Shown piece after piece: positions 61,549 to 64,000 of a stretch of DNA of 64,000 nucleotides. The notes below the pieces were generated by a model. That model made no database searches and had not been told where the DNA came from. It was given only the letters and a program-made list of their open reading frames with translations. The translations under genes were made by a program, and so were the position numbers. The DNA comes from Elusimicrobiota bacterium (lineage in GTDB: Bacteria > Elusimicrobiota > Elusimicrobia > UBA1565 > UBA9628), in contig JACQPJ010000036.1 of assembly GCA_016207605.1 (NCBI GenBank), forward strand, positions 1,486-65,485, given 5' to 3'. Each line of letters begins with the position of its first letter. Position 1 is the stretch's first letter.

Positions 61549-62487
61549 ATGAACCCACGACCCCGTCCGTTCGCCGCCCTTGCTTTCGCCGTCCTCGCCG
61601 CGCCCGCCGCCGCTCTCGTCAGCGGGGGCGTCGACCAGACGTTCGGCTCCCATGGCTACCGGGGGACGAGCGCCCACGCCTCCCTGGACCTGGGCGACGC
61701 GTGGTACGCGGTTCCTTCCTACTCGAACGCGCAGTCGGACGCGGTCGCGGGCGTCTACCACCGCTACGGTCTCCGGGTCGGCTACGAGAGGGGCCCCCTC
61801 AGCCTGGGCGTGCAAGGGGATGTCCTGCCCAAGGTTGACGGCTACCAGCGGGCCTCCGCCGGCGCCGACCTTACGGTCTCGCTGCTCTCCGGCGGCTCGG
61901 CGCACCAGCACAAGATGGCCGGCCCCGGCGCGGCGGGGGGCAACCGCTCCATGGGCTCGGGTTTGACCGGGGTCGACGCCGGCGTCTCCGGCGTCTACGT
62001 CCGCCACCAGGACGACGCGCTCGGCGTCGCGGGAGCCTCCGGCTCCGGCTTGAACCGGACGGGCGCCCGCCGCGCGGCGCCGTTCAAGGCGGACGAGGGG
62101 GACTTTTCGGTCTTCGCGGGCGCGCGCCTGCTGCTGGCTGAGGTCAGCGCCCAGGCGACCAAGAGCGTCTACTCCAAGACCCTCGACGGCAACCAGCTCC
62201 GCCAGGCGCCCTATCTGGCCCTCGCCGGCTTCGGCCCGGCCGCGCAGGGCTACCCGGACGCCGCCTTCAGCGCGCGGGTCAAATGGACGCTGCTCCCGCT
62301 CATCCATCCGTACGCGTCCTACGCGCACACGACGTTCAAGCTCGGCCAGCGTCCCTCCGACGGCTACGAGGCCGGCGTTGCCGTGGGCCTTCGCTTGGCG
62401 GACGTCAAGGCCGGCTGGCAGCGCTACGTCCAGAGCGGATTTCCGACCCGCGACACCGCGTCCGTGGGCGCGAGCTTGAACTTCTAG
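61549..62487 (+). CDS. hypothetical outer-membrane beta-barrel-like protein
   Basis: 312 aa with signal FAALAFAVLAAPAAALVSG. It shows alternating hydrophobic patterns and a C-terminal ..VGASLNF (terminal Phe), typical of OMPs. The gene is bracketed by inverted copies of the 56-bp repeat. Confidence 0.5.
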   Translation: MNPRPRPFAALAFAVLAAPAAALVSGGVDQTFGSHGYRGTSAHASLDLGDAWYAVPSYSNAQSDAVAGVYHRYGLRVGYERGPLSLGVQGDVLPKVDGYQRASAGADLTVSLLSGGSAHQHKMAGPGAAGGNRSMGSGLTGVDAGVSGVYVRHQDDALGVAGASGSGLNRTGARRAAPFKADEGDFSVFAGARLLLAEVSAQATKSVYSKTLDGNQLRQAPYLALAGFGPAAQGYPDAAFSARVKWTLLPLIHPYASYAHTTFKLGQRPSDGYEAGVAVGLRLADVKAGWQRYVQSGFPTRDTASVGASLNF

Positions 62488-62660
62488 ATGCTATGAGCCT
62501 TTCCTCGCCGCATCTGTGCCGAGCCCGAAGGGTCGAGGCCTGGATGCTATGAGCCTTTCCTCGCCGCATCTGTGCCGAGCCCGAAGGGTCGAGGCCTAGG
62601 TGTTATGAACCATTCCTCAGCACACCTGTGCCGCGTCCGAAGGATCGCGGCCTGGATGCT
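62484..62660 (+). repeat. tandem array of the 56-bp structured repeat: 3 full units plus a 6-nt start of a fourth
   Basis: Units start at 62487, 62543 and 62599, giving an exact period of 56 nt. Units 1 and 2 are identical (GATGCTATGAGCCTTTCCTCGCCGCATCTGTGCCGAGCCCGAAGGGTCGAGGCCT). Unit 3 is a variant (GGTGTTATGAACCATTCCTCAGCACACCTGTGCCGCGTCCGAAGGATCGCGGCCT). Confidence 0.85.
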
Positions 62661-62666
62661 GCCAGG

Positions 62667-63122
62667 CTAGCGCAGCTTCTCCCAGGCCGTGATGTACCAG
62701 CGCCCGCCGCGCTGGATCAGTTTGTCGCGCTCGGTCCCGCCGAAGGAGACCGCTCCGTCCCGCGTCGTGACCGAGTAGGTCAGCGTCACGACCGCCGATG
62801 CGGGACCCACGCGCTCGAATTCCATCGCGTGAATCCGGAAGGACGCCGCGCCGTGCTTGCCGAACAGCTCCCGCCCCTTGGCCCGGATTTCCTCCTTGGT
62901 CATGGGCTTGGCGATGGCGGAGTCGAAGAGTTCCGCGATCGCGTCGGCGTTGCCCGCCGCGAAGCCCGCGGCAATCTGGTCGTAATACGAGCCGATCTCG
63001 GCGCGCAGGTGGAGCTCCTCGCCGCTCACCTTGCGGCCGAACCCGACCTCCAGGCAGCCCGCCGCCAAAAGGGCCAGGCCCGCCAGCGACGCCGCGACGA
63101 CGCGCCGGCCGTCGGATTTCAA
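62667..63122 (-). CDS. lipoprotein with NTF2-like/SnoaL-like (DUF4440-type) fold
   Basis: 151 aa. It has a lipobox LLAAGC and a C-terminal pattern (..FERVGPASAVVTLTYSVTT..RGGRWYITAWE) typical of NTF2-like small proteins. Confidence 0.55.
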   Translation of the reverse strand: MKSDGRRVVAASLAGLALLAAGCLEVGFGRKVSGEELHLRAEIGSYYDQIAAGFAAGNADAIAELFDSAIAKPMTKEEIRAKGRELFGKHGAASFRIHAMEFERVGPASAVVTLTYSVTTRDGAVSFGGTERDKLIQRGGRWYITAWEKLR

Positions 63123-63126
63123 TCTT

Positions 63127-63534
63127 TCAGGCCCGCGGCGTCTCGATGCGCGTCAGACGCTGGTCGTGGCTGTCGAGCAGGTTGTGGTGGCGCAGGAGGA
63201 CATCGCTCTGGACGGCCCAGCGCGTGCGCGAGTCCTCGAGCAGCGCGGTGAAGCCATCCATCCGCTTGAGGATTTCATCCTTGAACGCGACCAGTTCTTT
63301 TCTCGTGGCTAGGCCAGCCTGCTTTTCCTGAAGATCGAGGATAGCTCCTGCCATCCCTCTATTGACTGAACGGACGTCTTTTAGATCCGCCTTTAAGTTG
63401 GAGACGTCGCTCTTCAGGATGGATACGTCGGTCTTGAGGACAGACACATCCGTCTTTATGGACGAGACATCGGTCTTAAGGACGGACACGTCGTTTTTCA
63501 GGCGCTTCACGTCGCCGCGCAATTCATTGGTCAT
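63127..63534 (-). CDS. coiled-coil protein with seven tandem 7-residue repeats (xDVSxLK)
   Basis: The track ORF is trimmed to Met-25 (63534), preceded by GGGGAGGG 7 nt upstream. Repeats: GDVKRLK NDVSVLK TDVSSIK TDVSVLK TDVSILK SDVSNLK ADLKDVR. A helical C-terminal half follows. Confidence 0.6.
   Translation of the reverse strand: MTNELRGDVKRLKNDVSVLKTDVSSIKTDVSVLKTDVSILKSDVSNLKADLKDVRSVNRGMAGAILDLQEKQAGLATRKELVAFKDEILKRMDGFTALLEDSRTRWAVQSDVLLRHHNLLDSHDQRLTRIETPRA
63373..63512. repeat. 21-bp tandem DNA repeats (about 6-7 units) encoding the heptad repeats of the 63127..63534 protein
   Basis: Plus-strand units: GACGTCGCTCTTCAGGATGGA / TACGTCGGTCTTGAGGACAGA / CACATCCGTCTTTATGGACGA / GACATCGGTCTTAAGGACGGA / CACGTCGTTTTTCAGGCGCTT. 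The tract is locally AT-richer. Confidence 0.7.
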
Positions 63535-63612
63535 GTTCGTTCCCTCCCCGGCGGCCTCATGGGCCTCCAGGTATACGCATGAGGGGCCGAAAAAGTTCCA
63601 TGACAACGACGG

Positions 63613-64000
<388 letters not shown>

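Noticed and set aside
62484-62660. Tandem 56-bp repeats considered as a CRISPR array
   Set aside because: The units abut directly with no unique spacers, the period equals the repeat length, and the same unit occurs singly elsewhere at gene ends. No cas genes are nearby.

Overview
High-GC bacterial chromosomal window, about 70% GC by eye, with AT-richer intergenic spacers; nearly all real genes are on one strand per block. I support about 45 CDS, one tRNA-Tyr and several repeat or regulatory elements. Housekeeping content: leucine-catabolism genes (crotonase, methylcrotonyl-CoA carboxylase beta), an aminotransferase, etfBA, a cdaA plus DHH phosphodiesterase pair, and secreted peptidases (M14, M28, M16). 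It also includes an OPT transporter, a complete 14-gene nuo operon in a rotated order (J-K-L-M-N-A-...-I), a CHASE2 adenylate cyclase module and ahcY. Two small islands carry Fic proteins. The standout is 5.6-26.0 kb: a co-directional cluster of five very large proteins of the ATP-grasp family, all with N-terminal export-like signals. One is canonical, two are PGM1-like with a possible second module, and two are ATP-grasp-like domains fused to polytopic membrane domains. An NhaC-type transporter sits inside the cluster and an M14 carboxypeptidase ends it. A shared cis-element (GGTCC-N3-GGTCC box plus TTGAYCTRGRTCAA palindrome) also precedes a kinase-like orphan at 2248. Other notable items are a 56-bp structured repeat family with compensatory stem changes, a 243-bp nested palindrome, an AT-rich hairpin insert inside the nuo operon, and widespread leaderless-type promoters. 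Many long antisense ORFs in the track are GC artefacts. My own coordinates near 25.9-26.04 kb may be off by 1 nt.
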